Positions 1-13,123 of a DNA stretch of 64,000 nt are shown one piece after another. The notes below the pieces were generated by a model, which was given only the letters and a program-made list of their open reading frames with translations, was not told where the DNA came from and made no database searches. Origin of the DNA: an uncultured Gemmatimonadales bacterium (GTDB taxonomy: Bacteria > Gemmatimonadota > Gemmatimonadetes > Gemmatimonadales > GWC2-71-9). Both the position numbers and the translations under genes were made by a program. The stretch spans positions 165,495 to 229,494 of the forward strand of contig CAWHFW010000001.1 of the NCBI GenBank assembly GCA_963828735.1. Reading direction: 5' to 3'. Every line of letters begins with the position of its first letter. Position 1 is the stretch's first letter.

Positions 1-1583
<1,583 letters not shown>

Positions 1584-1622
1584 CGCGGTACCCTACGTTG
1601 CTCCGAGGCTCGCCGCCGTGGC

Positions 1623-2705
1623 TCATCCACGGCGTCCCACTTCGGATTCCAACACTTTTCGCACGAAACGTGCCCGCCGCAGCGGCAGGTCCGAGTCGTC
1701 GGGCGAGATGCCTTCCGCCACCGCCAGGTGCGCGGGCTGGGTGTAGATCAGGAGCTTGTTCAGCGTGTACATCGCGACGTCGGGGATCAGCCCGACGCCC
1801 ACTCCGAGGCGCACCCCGCTCAGGAGATTCATCGCCTCGTCGAACGACAGCGAGCGCGCATACCGGAGCAGACCGTAGGCCCGCCACACCTTGTCTTCGA
1901 TGACCGTCGGCGCGTCGCGGAGGAGCACCTGGCGCGCTTGCTCCTCGTAGTCCATCACCTGCCGTACCATCTTGCCGAGGTGGTCGATGAGCTCGCGTTC
2001 CGAACTGCCGAGCGTCGTCTGGTTCGACAACTGAAAGAAGTTGCCGACCACCTCGCTCCCCTCGCCGTATAGGCCGCGATAGGTCAGCCCGACCTGCGCG
2101 AGCCCCTGCAGAACCTTGTTGATTTCCTTGGTGAGGACGAGCCCGGGCAGGTGGATCAACACCGACGCACGGAGCCCGGTCCCGACGTTCGTCGGACAGG
2201 AGGTAAGATAACCGAACTCAGGATGAAATGCGAAAGCAAGTCGTTGTCCCAGTTCGGCGTCCAGCCGGTCCACTTCGGTGTAGGTCTGGTCGAGCGCGAA
2301 CCCGGAATGGAGCCCCTGGATCCGGAGGTGATCCTCCTCGTTCAGCATGACGCCGAACCGGTCCCGGATCAGCACCGAGGCCCCGGACCGGACCCTGGCC
2401 TCCGCCTCGAGTCCAGCCAGCTCCTTGCTCACCAGGTGGCGCTCGTGCAGGAGCTGACGGTCCAGCCGGTCAAGCCGATCCAGCCGGAACCGGGTGGCCC
2501 CGCGGAGCAGGACGGACTCCCGGGCGGCCCGCTCGACCACATCGAGCACCTGCTCCCGCTCGGTCTCGGACGTCCGGCCCTGAAACACGTGCTCCGCAAG
2601 GTTCCGGGCCAGCCGGATCCGCGTCGAGAGCACTAGGTGGCTCGACGGGCCGCTCGCGTCGAGCCAGCCTACTCCGCCATCGGCCAGGAGGCTCAAGTCG
2701 ATCAT
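1623..2705 (-). CDS. mcsB: Protein arginine kinase McsB
   Basis: STRIRLARN, NEEDH and CPTNVGTGLRAS motifs; start MIDLSLL overlaps the mcsA stop. Confidence 0.93.
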   Translation of the reverse strand: MIDLSLLADGGVGWLDASGPSSHLVLSTRIRLARNLAEHVFQGRTSETEREQVLDVVERAARESVLLRGATRFRLDRLDRLDRQLLHERHLVSKELAGLEAEARVRSGASVLIRDRFGVMLNEEDHLRIQGLHSGFALDQTYTEVDRLDAELGQRLAFAFHPEFGYLTSCPTNVGTGLRASVLIHLPGLVLTKEINKVLQGLAQVGLTYRGLYGEGSEVVGNFFQLSNQTTLGSSERELIDHLGKMVRQVMDYEEQARQVLLRDAPTVIEDKVWRAYGLLRYARSLSFDEAMNLLSGVRLGVGVGLIPDVAMYTLNKLLIYTQPAHLAVAEGISPDDSDLPLRRARFVRKVLESEVGRRG

Positions 2706-3187
2706 TCGACCACCCGGAGCCGATCCCGCAGCTCGGCGGCCAGCTCGAAGTTCTCGGTCTCGACGGCGAGGCGGAGCTGCTCCCGGAGATCGGACGCCTG
2801 CTCCCGGGCCGCCTGGGGCTCCCGCTCCGCGTAGCGCTCTCCCAGGTGGTGGGTCGAACCGTGCAGCCGCCGCAGCAGGTCCCGAAGCGGGGTCTCGAAC
2901 GTGCGGTAACAGTCCGGGCAGCCGAGGCGGCCGGTCTCGCGGAAATCCTGAAATGTTGCGCCGCACCGCTGGCAGGTGTCGCCGGTGCGCGTGGCCGGCA
3001 ACTGTTCGGCGCCCTTCCCCATGGCCGCGAGGAAACTGCCGAGGGGGGTCTTCACGGTGGACCCGGGACTTTCCACCCCCTTCTCCTCCGCGCATTTCTC
3101 GCAGAGGTGGAGCGTGGTTACCTGCTCGTTCACGATCTGCGTGAGATGGATGACTGCTTCACGCTCGCGGCATTGATCGCAGGACAT
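2702..3187 (-). CDS. mcsA: McsA, arginine kinase activator (CxxC motifs plus UVR domain)
   Basis: Four CxxC motifs, GRLGCPDCY, C-terminal ENFELAAELRD. Confidence 0.92.
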   Translation of the reverse strand: MSCDQCREREAVIHLTQIVNEQVTTLHLCEKCAEEKGVESPGSTVKTPLGSFLAAMGKGAEQLPATRTGDTCQRCGATFQDFRETGRLGCPDCYRTFETPLRDLLRRLHGSTHHLGERYAEREPQAAREQASDLREQLRLAVETENFELAAELRDRLRVVE

Positions 3188-3888
3188 CAGGGCATCGACT
3201 CCACGCCCGCCAGCGGCACCAGGCGTCCCCCGTCCAGGGACAGGACCCGATCGGCCCGGGCGGCCAGCAGGCGATTGTGCGTCACGACGACGAGCGCTGT
3301 CTCGAACTCACGGGCGAGACGCGCGAACAGCTCGTGGAGTCGCTCGCTGTTGCCGTGATCCAGATTGCCCGACGGTTCGTCCGCGAGCACGACGACCGGA
3401 TCGGTGGCGAGGGCGCGCGCCACGGCCGCCCGCTGCTGCTCGCCGCCCGACAGCGCTGACGGGCGATGCGTCATCCGACCCGCCAGCCCGACCGCGGCGA
3501 GCAGCTCCTCCGCGCGCGAGCGGGCCCGGTCTTCGGCTTCCCCGGCGATCAGCAGCGGCATCATCACGTTCTCCTGCGCGCTGAACTCCCGCAGCAGGTG
3601 GTGAAACTGAAACACGAATCCGATCTTCCGGTTCCGGACAGCCGAGAGCGCGTCGGCGGATTGCTCGCCGTAGTCCAGGCCGTCCAGCCGCACGCTCCCG
3701 GCCGTCGGCGCGTCGAGGGCGCCGAGCAGATGGAGGAGCGTGCTCTTGCCGGAGCCACTCGCGCCGACGATCGCGACGAACTCCCCGCGTCCGACGGCGA
3801 GATCCACGCCGGACAAGACCTCGATCGGCGTGCCGTCCCCGCCTCGGTAGAGCTTCCTGAGCCCCTGGGCCTCGAGGATGGCGCTCAT
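3187..3888 (-). CDS. lolD: Lipoprotein-releasing ABC transporter ATP-binding protein
   Basis: [35 protein letters not shown]; start MSAILEA overlaps the permease stop. Confidence 0.9.
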   Translation of the reverse strand: MSAILEAQGLRKLYRGGDGTPIEVLSGVDLAVGRGEFVAIVGASGSGKSTLLHLLGALDAPTAGSVRLDGLDYGEQSADALSAVRNRKIGFVFQFHHLLREFSAQENVMMPLLIAGEAEDRARSRAEELLAAVGLAGRMTHRPSALSGGEQQRAAVARALATDPVVVLADEPSGNLDHGNSERLHELFARLAREFETALVVVTHNRLLAARADRVLSLDGGRLVPLAGVESMP

Positions 3889-5189
3889 TCGTGGCGGATG
3901 GCGTCGACCGGTGTGAGGCCCGCGGCCGATCGTGAGGGGTACAGCGTCGCGAGCACCGCGATGGCCAGGCTGGCGACGACGACGACCAGGACGTCCCGCG
4001 CTTCCACATGCACGGGCAGGTGATCGATGAAGTAGACCGCCGGGTTGATGCGCACCCAGCCCGACCGGTCGACCACGTAGGCCACGGTGAGGCCGACCAG
4101 CAGTCCGATCGCCGTGCCGACGCCGCCGATCACCGCGCCCTGGAGGAGGAACACCCGGGCGACGGCGGGCGACGTCAGGCCCATCGCACGGAGGATGCCG
4201 ATCTCGCGGGTCTTGTCCGATACGACCATGGTCAGGGTGCCCACGATGTTGAACGCGGCCACCACCATGATGAAGAAGATAATCAGGCCCATGGCCAGCT
4301 TCTCCAACTGGAGCGCGCTGAACAGGCTCGCGTTCTGGGTCTGCCAGTCGAGGCTGCGATACGGATACCCCAGCCGCTTCTCCAGCGCCGCGCCGATGGC
4401 CGGGGCGTGATCCGGGTCGTCCACGCGGACGGCGATTCCCGAGACCGCATCGCCCAGGCCGGTGAACTTCTGCGCCACGTCCCGCCGCACCACGACGAAC
4501 TGGTTGTCGTACTGGAACATGCCGGTGTCGAACAGCCCGCTCACCTCGAAGCGCCAGAACCGCGGCACCGCGATACCGAGGGCGGGGTTGACCTTGGCCT
4601 CGGTCACCGGCACGAGGGTGACGACATCGCCCGGGTAGACCGAGAGCCGATTGGCCAGCCTCGAGCCCAGCAGGATTCCGCCGTCGACGTTCGGCTTGGT
4701 CGTCCGGAACGAGAGATCGCCCTGCCGGATGGATTGTGGCAAGGACGTGACCGAATGCGTGCCCGTGTCGGGGTCGAACCCCACAAGGTTGACGCCTTCC
4801 CCGTAGTCCTGTCCCGCGGTGATGCCGGCCTGGCTGATGACTTCCGGAGCGGCGGCGACGACGCCCGGCTCGCGCCGTACGGCCTCGAGCACCTTCCGCC
4901 AATCGTCCATCCGCAGCCCGGCGCCGAAGGTGAGCACGCGAAGGTGCGGGTTGGCGACCAGGATCCGCTGGCGGAGATCGTCGCGCAGCCCGTTCATCAC
5001 GCCCAAGACCACGATCAAAGCAGTGACTCCGACCGCGACGCCCCCGATCGAGATGACCGTATTGAGCGAGGCCGTCCGTGAGGTCCTCCGACTCCGGAGG
5101 TACCGTCGGGCGATGCGCCACTCGAGCGGCCGCGGCCAGCGGAAGATCGACCGGACATCGGCGCGCTCGGAGATCGGACCCACCCCCAT
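3885..5189 (-). CDS. Lipoprotein-releasing ABC transporter permease (LolC/E family)
   Basis: IARRYLR...[37 protein letters not shown]; exact start uncertain. Confidence 0.9.
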   Translation of the reverse strand: MGVGPISERADVRSIFRWPRPLEWRIARRYLRSRRTSRTASLNTVISIGGVAVGVTALIVVLGVMNGLRDDLRQRILVANPHLRVLTFGAGLRMDDWRKVLEAVRREPGVVAAAPEVISQAGITAGQDYGEGVNLVGFDPDTGTHSVTSLPQSIRQGDLSFRTTKPNVDGGILLGSRLANRLSVYPGDVVTLVPVTEAKVNPALGIAVPRFWRFEVSGLFDTGMFQYDNQFVVVRRDVAQKFTGLGDAVSGIAVRVDDPDHAPAIGAALEKRLGYPYRSLDWQTQNASLFSALQLEKLAMGLIIFFIMVVAAFNIVGTLTMVVSDKTREIGILRAMGLTSPAVARVFLLQGAVIGGVGTAIGLLVGLTVAYVVDRSGWVRINPAVYFIDHLPVHVEARDVLVVVVASLAIAVLATLYPSRSAAGLTPVDAIRHE

Positions 5190-6725
5190 CTAACCCTCCG
5201 GCCGCATCGCGGGGAACAGGATGACGTCGCGGATCGACGGCTGGTCCGCGAGCAGCATGATCAGCCGGTCGATCCCGAGTCCGACACCCCCCGCCGGCGG
5301 CATTCCATACTCGAGCGCGCGGATGTAGTCCGTATCATACGGCTGGGTCTCGTCGTTACCCGCGGCCTTCTGCCGGCCCTGGTCCTCGAACCGCCGCCGC
5401 TGATCGTCCGGATCGTTGAGCTCACTGAACGCGTTGGCCAGTTCGCGCCCGCCGACGAACAGCTCGAAGCGCTCGGTCAGCGCCGGGTCGGACCGGTGCT
5501 CCTTGGCGAGCGGCGAGAGCGGCTTGGGGTAGTCGAGCACGAAGGTGGGCTGGACCAGGTCCGGCTCGAGGACGGTCTTGAACACCTCGTCCTGCAGCCG
5601 GCCACCGGTCAGGTCGGCGACCGTCTCGCTGTCGGCGCCCCGGGCGCGGAGCAGGCGCCGCATCTCCTCGTCGGTGGCGACGCGGAGGTCGAGCTCGCAC
5701 CGGTCGCGCACGCCGGCGATGAAGTCGACCCGCGCGAACGGCGGGGTGAAGTCGAGCGTCGTGCCGTAGCGCTCCAGCCGGAGCGTGCCGAGACACGCCT
5801 GGATGACGCCGCTCACCAGGCCCTCGACCAGGCGCATCATGTCGCCGTAGTCGGCGTACGCCTGGTACGCCTCGAGCATGGTGAACTCGGGATTGTGGGT
5901 GCGGTCCATCCCCTCGTTCCGGAAGTCGTGCCCGATCTCGTAGACCCGCTCGAGGCCACCGACCAGGAGCCGCTTGAGATACAGCTCGTCCGCGATCCGG
6001 AGGTAGAGCGGCATGTCCAGCGCGTTGTGGTGGGTCGTGAACGGCCGGGCGGCGGCTCCGCCGTAGAGCGGTTGCAGGATCGGCGTCTCCACCTCGAGGA
6101 AGCCCAGCCCGTCGAGGTAACGCCGCATCCAGGCGATGGCGCGGGCGCGGAGCTGGAAGACGGCGCGGACCTCCCGGTGCACCGCGAGATCCGCGTAGCG
6201 CTGGCGGTAGCGGACCTCGGCGTCGGTGAGGCCGCCGTAGGTGACCGTGCCTTCTTCGCCCACCTGCGTCTTGCCCCGCGGCAACGGACGAAGCGACTTC
6301 GAGAGCAGGGTCAGATCGTCGGCCCGGACCGACACCTCGCCTTTCTTCGTGCGGAAGAGGCGCCCCGTCACGCCGACGTGGTCGTCGAGGTCGAGCTGGT
6401 CCACGACGGCCCATCGTTCGCCGAGGGCATCGCGTCGGAGGTAGACCTGAATCCTGCCGCTCGCGTCTTCGAGATGGAAAAACGCGGTCTTGCCCTGCGA
6501 CCGCATCGAGTCGATCCGGCCGGCCACGGAGACGGCGGGGCCATCCTCGCCCATCTCGTCGTGGTAGGCCGCGAGCGCGTCGGCCGCGGTGTGCGACCGC
6601 TCGTACCGATAGGCGAAGGCCGGGACACCCGCGGCCTCGAGCGCGGCGCGCTTGTCCCGGCGCGCCGCCTCGACGAACGAGCGCTCCTCCCCGGTCACGC
6701 GGACGCCGCCCTCGCCGTCAGTCAC
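5190..6725 (-). CDS. lysS: Lysine--tRNA ligase (class II)
   Basis: [49 protein letters not shown]. Confidence 0.96.
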   Translation of the reverse strand: MTDGEGGVRVTGEERSFVEAARRDKRAALEAAGVPAFAYRYERSHTAADALAAYHDEMGEDGPAVSVAGRIDSMRSQGKTAFFHLEDASGRIQVYLRRDALGERWAVVDQLDLDDHVGVTGRLFRTKKGEVSVRADDLTLLSKSLRPLPRGKTQVGEEGTVTYGGLTDAEVRYRQRYADLAVHREVRAVFQLRARAIAWMRRYLDGLGFLEVETPILQPLYGGAAARPFTTHHNALDMPLYLRIADELYLKRLLVGGLERVYEIGHDFRNEGMDRTHNPEFTMLEAYQAYADYGDMMRLVEGLVSGVIQACLGTLRLERYGTTLDFTPPFARVDFIAGVRDRCELDLRVATDEEMRRLLRARGADSETVADLTGGRLQDEVFKTVLEPDLVQPTFVLDYPKPLSPLAKEHRSDPALTERFELFVGGRELANAFSELNDPDDQRRRFEDQGRQKAAGNDETQPYDTDYIRALEYGMPPAGGVGLGIDRLIMLLADQPSIRDVILFPAMRPEG

Positions 6726-7826
6726 GCCGCCTTGCCTCCGAACCGCTTGAGATAGGCCTGGATGAACTCGTCGAGATCGCCGTCCATGACCCGCTGCACG
6801 TCGCCCACCTTCACCTCGGTCCGGTGGTCGTTGACCATCGTGTACGGCTGGAAGACGTACGATCGAATCTGGTTGCCCCAGGAGTTGTCCGTCTTGGTCG
6901 CCTCGACGACGGCGCGCGCGGCCTCCTGCTCTTCCAACTTTCGCTGGTACAGCGCGGCCCGCAACATCTTCATCGCGGTTGCACGGTTCTTGGTCTGGCT
7001 CCGCTCCTGCTGGCAGGAGACGACGACGCCCGTCGGAACGTGCGTGAGGCGCACCGCGGACGAGGTCTTGTTCACGTGCTGCCCGCCCGCGCCGGACGCG
7101 CGGAAGACGTCCATCCTGATGTCCTCCTCGCGGATGTCGATCTCGATGGTATCGTCGATGTCGGGATAGACGAACACCGACGCGAACGACGTGTGGCGGC
7201 GCGCCTGAGAGTCGTAGGGCGAGATCCTCACCAGGCGGTGCACGCCCTTCTCGGCCTTCAGGTAGCCGTAGGCGTACTCGCCCTTGATCTGGATCGAGAC
7301 CGACTTGATGCCGGCCTCTTCACCGGGCAGCAGGTCGAGGACGCTGACCTCGAATCCGTGCCGCTCCGCCCAACGGACGTACATCCGCATCAGCATCTCG
7401 GCCCAGTCCTGCGACTCGGTGCCGCCCGCGCCCGGATGGATGGTGAGCAGCGCGTCGCGCGCGTCGTCGGGCCCCTGCAGCATCGCCTGCAGCTCGAAGG
7501 CTTCGACGGCCCGGCCGAGCGCGTCCGTCTCGCGTGCCACCTCGTCCAGCATCGAGGCGTCGGGCTGCTCCTCGAGCAGCTGGGCCATCTCGAGAGTGCC
7601 GGTGAGCCGCCCGTGCAAGTCCTCCCACGGCGTCACCCACCCTTTGAGCTTCTTGATTTCCTGGACCATGGTGCGGGCGCTGTCGGGATTGGCCCAGAAG
7701 CCCGCCTCCGCCTGGGAGGCCTCGAGGCCCCGCAGGCGATCGGCCTTGGCCGTCAGGTCAAAGAAAGTCTCGGAGTTCGGTGACGCGGTGCTGTAGCTCG
7801 GTGAGTCGCTCGACGAGATCGGCCAT
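6722..7826 (-). CDS. prfB: Peptide chain release factor 2 with programmed +1 frameshift
   Basis: First ORF MADLVERLTELQHRVTELRDFL ends at CTT TGA C (7763-7757); +1 frame continues to GAGGTESQDWAEML, ISPYD and GGQ. Confidence 0.95.
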
Positions 7827-7979
7827 GCCGGATACCCTTGGGTCGTGAGAATGGTAGAAAAATAGTCGCACGTCAGAGGTCGCGGGGCGTCGAAGGGCGT
7901 GGAGGGACCCGGCGCCGGGCCGGCCGGATCGCCTCCCCTGCCCCTGCAACCGTGCGCGACCTGCGACCTGCGACTCTGG

Positions 7980-8780
7980 CTAGAAGATCTGCCGACCGCC
8001 GGCGAGAATCTCGTTCAGCGCTTCCTTGAAGTATGGGGTGCTGTCGGCCACGTCCTTGCCGACCTGCTCCGCATACTCTTCCCAGCTCTTCCGGATCTCC
8101 TCGTCGAACAGCTCCTTGAGATTGCCGTCGCGGAGGCCTTCCTGCCGCTTGGCCGGGTGGTACACCACCATGTCGGAGATGAGCGCCCGGGCCAGTCGTC
8201 GCGCCTTGAGCGCGGGGTCCTGGGACAGGAACGGGTTGACCGGACGCGAGCCGCCGCCCGCGGGCTTGGGCGACACGGGCCGCGCCGCCGCTGGAGACGG
8301 TGGCGATGACGCCACGCCTGCGGTCGAGCTCGCTGCCGCGGGCATGGCGGTCGCCGGCCGCGGCATCGCGGGGGCGGGCACCGTCGCCGGTGCCGCACCC
8401 GGTTTCGGCGTGCTGGTCGGAACGGCCGGTGGTGGAAAGGTCGCCGGGCGCGGTGCGGCCGCTGGGGGCGCAACAGGGGGTGGGGGTGCCATGGGTGCCG
8501 GGGCCGGCGCGGGGGCGTGGGGCGCCGGTGGAGGAGCCACAGGGGCCGAACGCGCCGGCTCTGGCCTCGAGGGTGGGGCCGGCGCCGGGGGCCGTGCGGG
8601 AGGGGTCCCGACCCCCGCAGGGCCGCCCGCCGCCGCCGCGGCTCCGGGCGCGACGGCCCCCTCACGGCCGACCGCAAACACGGCGCTGCAGATACTGCAG
8701 CGGGCCCGAACGCCGCCCTCCGGGACCTTGGCGGGGTCGACGCGATACACGGTGGCACAGTTGGGACAGCTGACGTTCAT
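7980..8780 (-). CDS. MJ0042-type zinc-ribbon protein with Pro/Ala linker and helical C-terminal domain
   Basis: CPNC...CSIC N-terminus, low-complexity linker, C-terminal ARRLARALISDMVVY domain. Confidence 0.8.
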   Translation of the reverse strand: MNVSCPNCATVYRVDPAKVPEGGVRARCSICSAVFAVGREGAVAPGAAAAAGGPAGVGTPPARPPAPAPPSRPEPARSAPVAPPPAPHAPAPAPAPMAPPPPVAPPAAAPRPATFPPPAVPTSTPKPGAAPATVPAPAMPRPATAMPAAASSTAGVASSPPSPAAARPVSPKPAGGGSRPVNPFLSQDPALKARRLARALISDMVVYHPAKRQEGLRDGNLKELFDEEIRKSWEEYAEQVGKDVADSTPYFKEALNEILAGGRQIF

Positions 8781-8790
8781 CGCTCCATCC

Positions 8791-9774
8791 TCACGGCTGT
8801 TCTCTGGATCCAGCCCCGGACCGCTCCTCGCCGTTCGTTCCCTGGCGCCGGTCGACCACGAACACCGATCCCGGCAGAGTCTTGGCGTAGCTCTTCATCT
8901 CGGTGGCAAGCTCGCTCACCTGCGCCGGATGCGCAAACCGGCGGTGTCGATTGGTGACGATCCCGATCGAGAGCGTCATCAGGGGCACGCGGTGGAGCTG
9001 CCCACGGCGATCCTTGCCGAAGAAGTATCCCGCCCGCCGGTCCTGATCGTTGTACTGAAGCGGGATCAGGGTGTCGAACACGTCCAGAATCTCGCTGCAG
9101 ACGGGGCTGATCTCCTCCGACGGCACCACGAAGATGAAGTCGTCTCCGCCGATGTGCCCCACGAAGCCGCGCGGGCCCAGCAGACCCTTCACGACGTCGT
9201 GCAGGATCCGCGACAGCAGGTAGATCACCCGGTCGCCGTCGTAGTAGCTGTAGCGGTCGTTAAATTCCTTGAAATGATCCAGGTCCGCGTAGCACACCGC
9301 GAATTCCTGGTCGGACTCCAGCCGCCGGCGAATCTCGCGCTCGATCTCCGTCGTGCCCGGGAGGCGGGTGGACGGATGGACGGACACGTCCCGCTCGGTG
9401 CGCACCAGCATCGCGTCCAGGCGCGCGCGCTGCTCGGCGGGCGAGAAGATGCCGGTGATGACTTCGTCCGCTCCCGCCTCGAACCAGGCCTGGACCAGCT
9501 CCGCGTGGTGGTCCGCAGCGAGGACGGTCACCGGGACGATCGCCGTGAACGCATCCAGCTTGAGGCGGCGAACCAGGTCGACCCCGCGATCGACGGTGCC
9601 GTTCCCGTCCACGAACAGAAGACAGGGGTGCCCGCGGAGCACGATGGCCTCGACCTCTTCCGGCTGGCTGAATCCCAGCAGCGGGAACGTGTTGGTCGCC
9701 GCCCACTGCCGCACCAGGGCGGGGACCGGGCACGCCTCCGGCGAAAAGAAGAGAATCGTCGGCCGAGTCCGCAC
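8791..9774 (-). CDS. Diguanylate cyclase-like protein (REC-like plus GGDEF domain)
   Basis: YADLDHFKEFNDRY, GHIGGDDF, degenerate receiver N-terminus (EAGADE). Confidence 0.85.
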   Translation of the reverse strand: MRTRPTILFFSPEACPVPALVRQWAATNTFPLLGFSQPEEVEAIVLRGHPCLLFVDGNGTVDRGVDLVRRLKLDAFTAIVPVTVLAADHHAELVQAWFEAGADEVITGIFSPAEQRARLDAMLVRTERDVSVHPSTRLPGTTEIEREIRRRLESDQEFAVCYADLDHFKEFNDRYSYYDGDRVIYLLSRILHDVVKGLLGPRGFVGHIGGDDFIFVVPSEEISPVCSEILDVFDTLIPLQYNDQDRRAGYFFGKDRRGQLHRVPLMTLSIGIVTNRHRRFAHPAQVSELATEMKSYAKTLPGSVFVVDRRQGTNGEERSGAGSREQP

Positions 9775-9831
9775 CCATTGCCTCTCGTAAGGGTTTATCC
9801 GAAGCTAACTTGGACGGTCTTGCCCGCCAAG

Positions 9832-11453
9832 TCAATCGAGGTAGAAGGCCCCCACCACGACCATGGCGTAGACAGCGAGCAGCTGGACCCCTTCGAACCA
9901 GTGCGACTCGCCATCCAACGTAATGATGGCCACGACTCCGGTGGCCACCGCCAGCGCGAGCACCTCGAACGGCTGGAAGACCAGGTCCATGGGCTGCCCC
10001 AGCACGATACCGGCCACGACCAGTAGTGGCGCCACCAGGAGGGCGATCTGGGTGCTCGAGCCGAGGGCGATCTGAAGTCCGAGGTCCACCTGCCCCTTCC
10101 GCGCCAGCATCACCGCGGCGGCGTGCTCGGCCGCGTTCCCGATGATCGGGATCACGATCAGGCCCAGAAAAACCTTGGACAAGCCGAGCGACTCGGTGGC
10201 CTCGGTGGCGGAGTGGGCCAGGAGCTCCGACTCGATGGCCACGCCGATGGTGACGATCGCCATGATCAGCATCGCCTTCCCCGCACTCCAGACCGCGCCC
10301 TCGGGGGGTGAGGGTCCCCCCCGAAGAGGGTGCGGTGCGTTCGCAGGGTGAAGAGCAGCGAGCAACCGTAGGTGACGATGAGGATCCCGGCGACCAGCTC
10401 CGACATGCGGTGCTCGGTCACGCGGGCAGCCGTCTCGGGGTGCACCGAGTGGAACAGCGCCGGGAAGACCAGGGCAACGACCGCCAGCGCCAGCATGCCG
10501 GCGCTCATGCCGGCGCTCGTGCGATTGAACTTGAGCTCGGAGCGCTTCGCACCGCCCGCCACGAGGGCGAGCCCCAGGATCAACAGCAGGTTTCCGAGGA
10601 TGCTGCCGGTGATCGAGGCTTTGACGAGCTCCACCAGTCCGAGGCGCAGGGCGGAGATCGCGATGATGAGCTCGGCGGCGTTGCCGAAGGTGGCGTTGAG
10701 CAATCCGCCGATCGTGGGACCCGTGTGGTGCGCCAGGTGCTCGGTGGCCTCACCCATGTAGCCCGCGAGGGGCAGCACGCCGAGACACGCGGTGATGAAG
10801 ATCCAGACCGGCGGGGCGTGCAGCAGGGCGAGTGCGACGCTGACTGGCACCGCGAGCAGCAGGACGGGACGCCACGGAATGCTCCGCGCGGACTGCTTCG
10901 GCGAGAGATGCGGTGCCGGCGTGCGGGACGGTCGCGCGTCGCCGGACTTTGGCCCCGGCGGGTTTCTCCCCGGAACCGGGGTCCGAGGCGTGGCGGTCGC
11001 GGCGACCGAGGCCGTCCGGTGGCCGCCGGTGGCCTCGGTCAGGACCGCGCGCACCTGGTCGGGGCCGGCGCCCGCTTCCGCCAACATCTTGCCCATCGGC
11101 CCGCGAGGCTCGAGCAGCGCGGCCAGCAGCAGGTGATCCGCCGACAGTCCCGTGCCGGTTTCGCGGGCCTCCTTGGAGGCCATCTCGATCAGTCGCTTGG
11201 CGTGGGACGTATAGGCGAGCTCGCCGGTCCCGCCGCGGGGCCTGCCGCGCCGGCCGCCGGCCTCAAGCCGCTGGCGCACCCGGTCCGCATGGAGGCCGAG
11301 CCGCTGAAGGACCGGTGGGCCGGCCCCTTCAGCTCCAAGCAGCGCCAGGACGATGTGCTCCGCGCCGATGGCGTCGTGCTCCAGCCGAATGGCCTCGGCG
11401 CGCGCGCCCTCGAGGGCACGTTGTGCGCTGGCGCTGAGCGTATGTGGATTCAC
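9832..11453 (-). CDS. Clp-N domain fused to Ca2+/H+ exchanger (CAX); one frameshift near 10305
   Basis: N-terminal HDAIGAEHIVLALL and ADHLLLA repeats; CAX motifs GNAAEL, GSILGNLLL, GNAAEH, GSSTQIAL; frame change falls in a G/C homopolymer. Confidence 0.85.
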
Positions 11454-11476
11454 GCGGGGCGCCGGTCGTTCCTGGC

Positions 11477-11644
11477 TCAGAGCGGCTTCGCTTCGTCAAT
11501 CAGCATAATGGGAATGCCGTCTTCGACTGCGTACACGAGCCTGCAGGTGTGGCAGACGAGGGACTCGGGCGACTGGCGATGCTCCAGCTCGCCCTTGCAC
11601 TTCGGGCAGACGAGGATCTGGAGAAGCTCGGGGGCCAAGGTCAT
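11477..11644 (-). CDS. Trm112/YcaR family protein
   Basis: [18 protein letters not shown]...[15 protein letters not shown], 55 aa. Confidence 0.9.
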   Translation of the reverse strand: MTLAPELLQILVCPKCKGELEHRQSPESLVCHTCRLVYAVEDGIPIMLIDEAKPL

Positions 11645-12507
11645 GAGGTCTCCGATTCTGGGAAGCCGAACCGGGTCAGGGCTGCGGCGCTCTTGCGCCA
11701 GTGCGGGAGCACCTTGACCCAGCAGTCGAGATAGACCGGGGCGTCGATCAACTCTTCGATGCGGCGGCGGGCACTGGCGCCGATGGCCTTGATGGTCGCC
11801 CCGCCCGCACCGATCACGATCCGCTTCTGGGACTCGCGCTCCACGTACAAGGTCACCCGAATGTACACGGGCCGTTCGGCTTCGCGAAACTCCTCCACCT
11901 CGGCCGTAAAACCATAGGGAAGCTCGTCCTCGAGCAGCTCGAAGGCCGCCTCGCGCAGGAACTCCACGACGAAGAAGCGCACGGGCTGGGTGCCGACGTC
12001 CTCCGGGTCGTACTCGTGCTCGCCCTCGGGCAGGCGTTCGCGCACCTGGGCGAGCAGGGTGTCGATGCCTTCCCGGCGGACGGCGGAGACGACCAGGGCT
12101 TCGCGCCCGAGCTCGGCGCGCCGCGCCGCGGGGAGGAGATCGCCCTTGGTGTAGACCGTCACCACGGCTGCACGCAGCGGCTGGTCGAGTCGGGCGAGCC
12201 GATCGAGTGACGGCGCCGGCGCCTGGTCCGCGGGATGCAGGTGGAGCACCACGTCCATGCGGCGGAGCGCGTCCAACGCCAGCTCGCGCATGCGTGTCTG
12301 CATCAGATAGGAGGGCTCGAGCAGTCCGGGGAGGTCGTGGAAGATGAACTGAGTGTCGCCTTCGGTGCGGAGGCCCACCACGGGCAGCCGAGTGGCCTGG
12401 GCGCGCGGGCTCACAATGGCGAGATGCTGGCCGACAAGGGTGTTGAGCAGCGACGACTTGCCGACGTTTGGCGCGCCGGCGAGGGCGACGTGACCGGTTC
12501 TGGGCAT
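11641..12507 (-). CDS. era: GTPase Era
   Basis: [17 protein letters not shown]-terminal KH domain [14 protein letters not shown]. Confidence 0.93.
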   Translation of the reverse strand: MPRTGHVALAGAPNVGKSSLLNTLVGQHLAIVSPRAQATRLPVVGLRTEGDTQFIFHDLPGLLEPSYLMQTRMRELALDALRRMDVVLHLHPADQAPAPSLDRLARLDQPLRAAVVTVYTKGDLLPAARRAELGREALVVSAVRREGIDTLLAQVRERLPEGEHEYDPEDVGTQPVRFFVVEFLREAAFELLEDELPYGFTAEVEEFREAERPVYIRVTLYVERESQKRIVIGAGGATIKAIGASARRRIEELIDAPVYLDCWVKVLPHWRKSAAALTRFGFPESETS

Positions 12508-12587
12508 GGGCGAAGTCTAACGGCGGGATCGCAAGGCGGAATGACGAGGGTGAGGGACGCAACGAAGAAGCCCGGCCATGCAAGCAT

Positions 12588-13123
12588 GTGCCGTACGTGG
12601 GCCGGAGGCCGACGTTGCCGCAGAGCGCCGACGGCTGCTTGATCGAGCCGCCCGTGTCGGAGCCGAGACCCCACGGCGCGAGCCCACCCGAGACGGCTGC
12701 GGCCGTGCCGCCGCCGGAGCCCCCGGGCACCCGGCTCGGGTCCCACGGGTTGTGCGAGGGGCCGTAGGCCGAGTTCTCCGTCGACGAGCCCATCGCGAAC
12801 TCGTCCGTGTTCGTCTTCCCGAGCAGCGGCAGCCCTGCCGCCCTGCAGCGAGCCGCCACGGTGGAGTCGAAGACCGGGGTGTAGCCCGCGAGGATCTTCG
12901 AGCCGGCAGTCGTCTCGACGCCCTTCGTCGAGATCACGTCCTTCAGCGCGATCGGGACACCGGTGCCGCCGTCGAAGTCCACGAGCCGGAGGTACGCGTG
13001 CAGCTCGGGGTTGCGCTCGCCCGCCGCGGCGGTGTACGCGTCGTGCAGCTCGGCGGAGGAGACCTCGCCGCGCTCGAGCAGGCCGAGGGCATCCTCCGCG
13101 GTGAGGCGCAGCGTGTCGATCAC
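12588..13123 (-). pseudogene. gatA: GatA amidotransferase subunit A, N-terminal fragment cut at the junction
   Basis: [36 protein letters not shown], then similarity is lost abruptly; truncation probably an assembly effect. Confidence 0.9.

Noticed and set aside
11477..13123. Apparent GatA-Trm112 fusion ORF
   Set aside because: Chance read-through across the chimeric junction and an alternative frame of era
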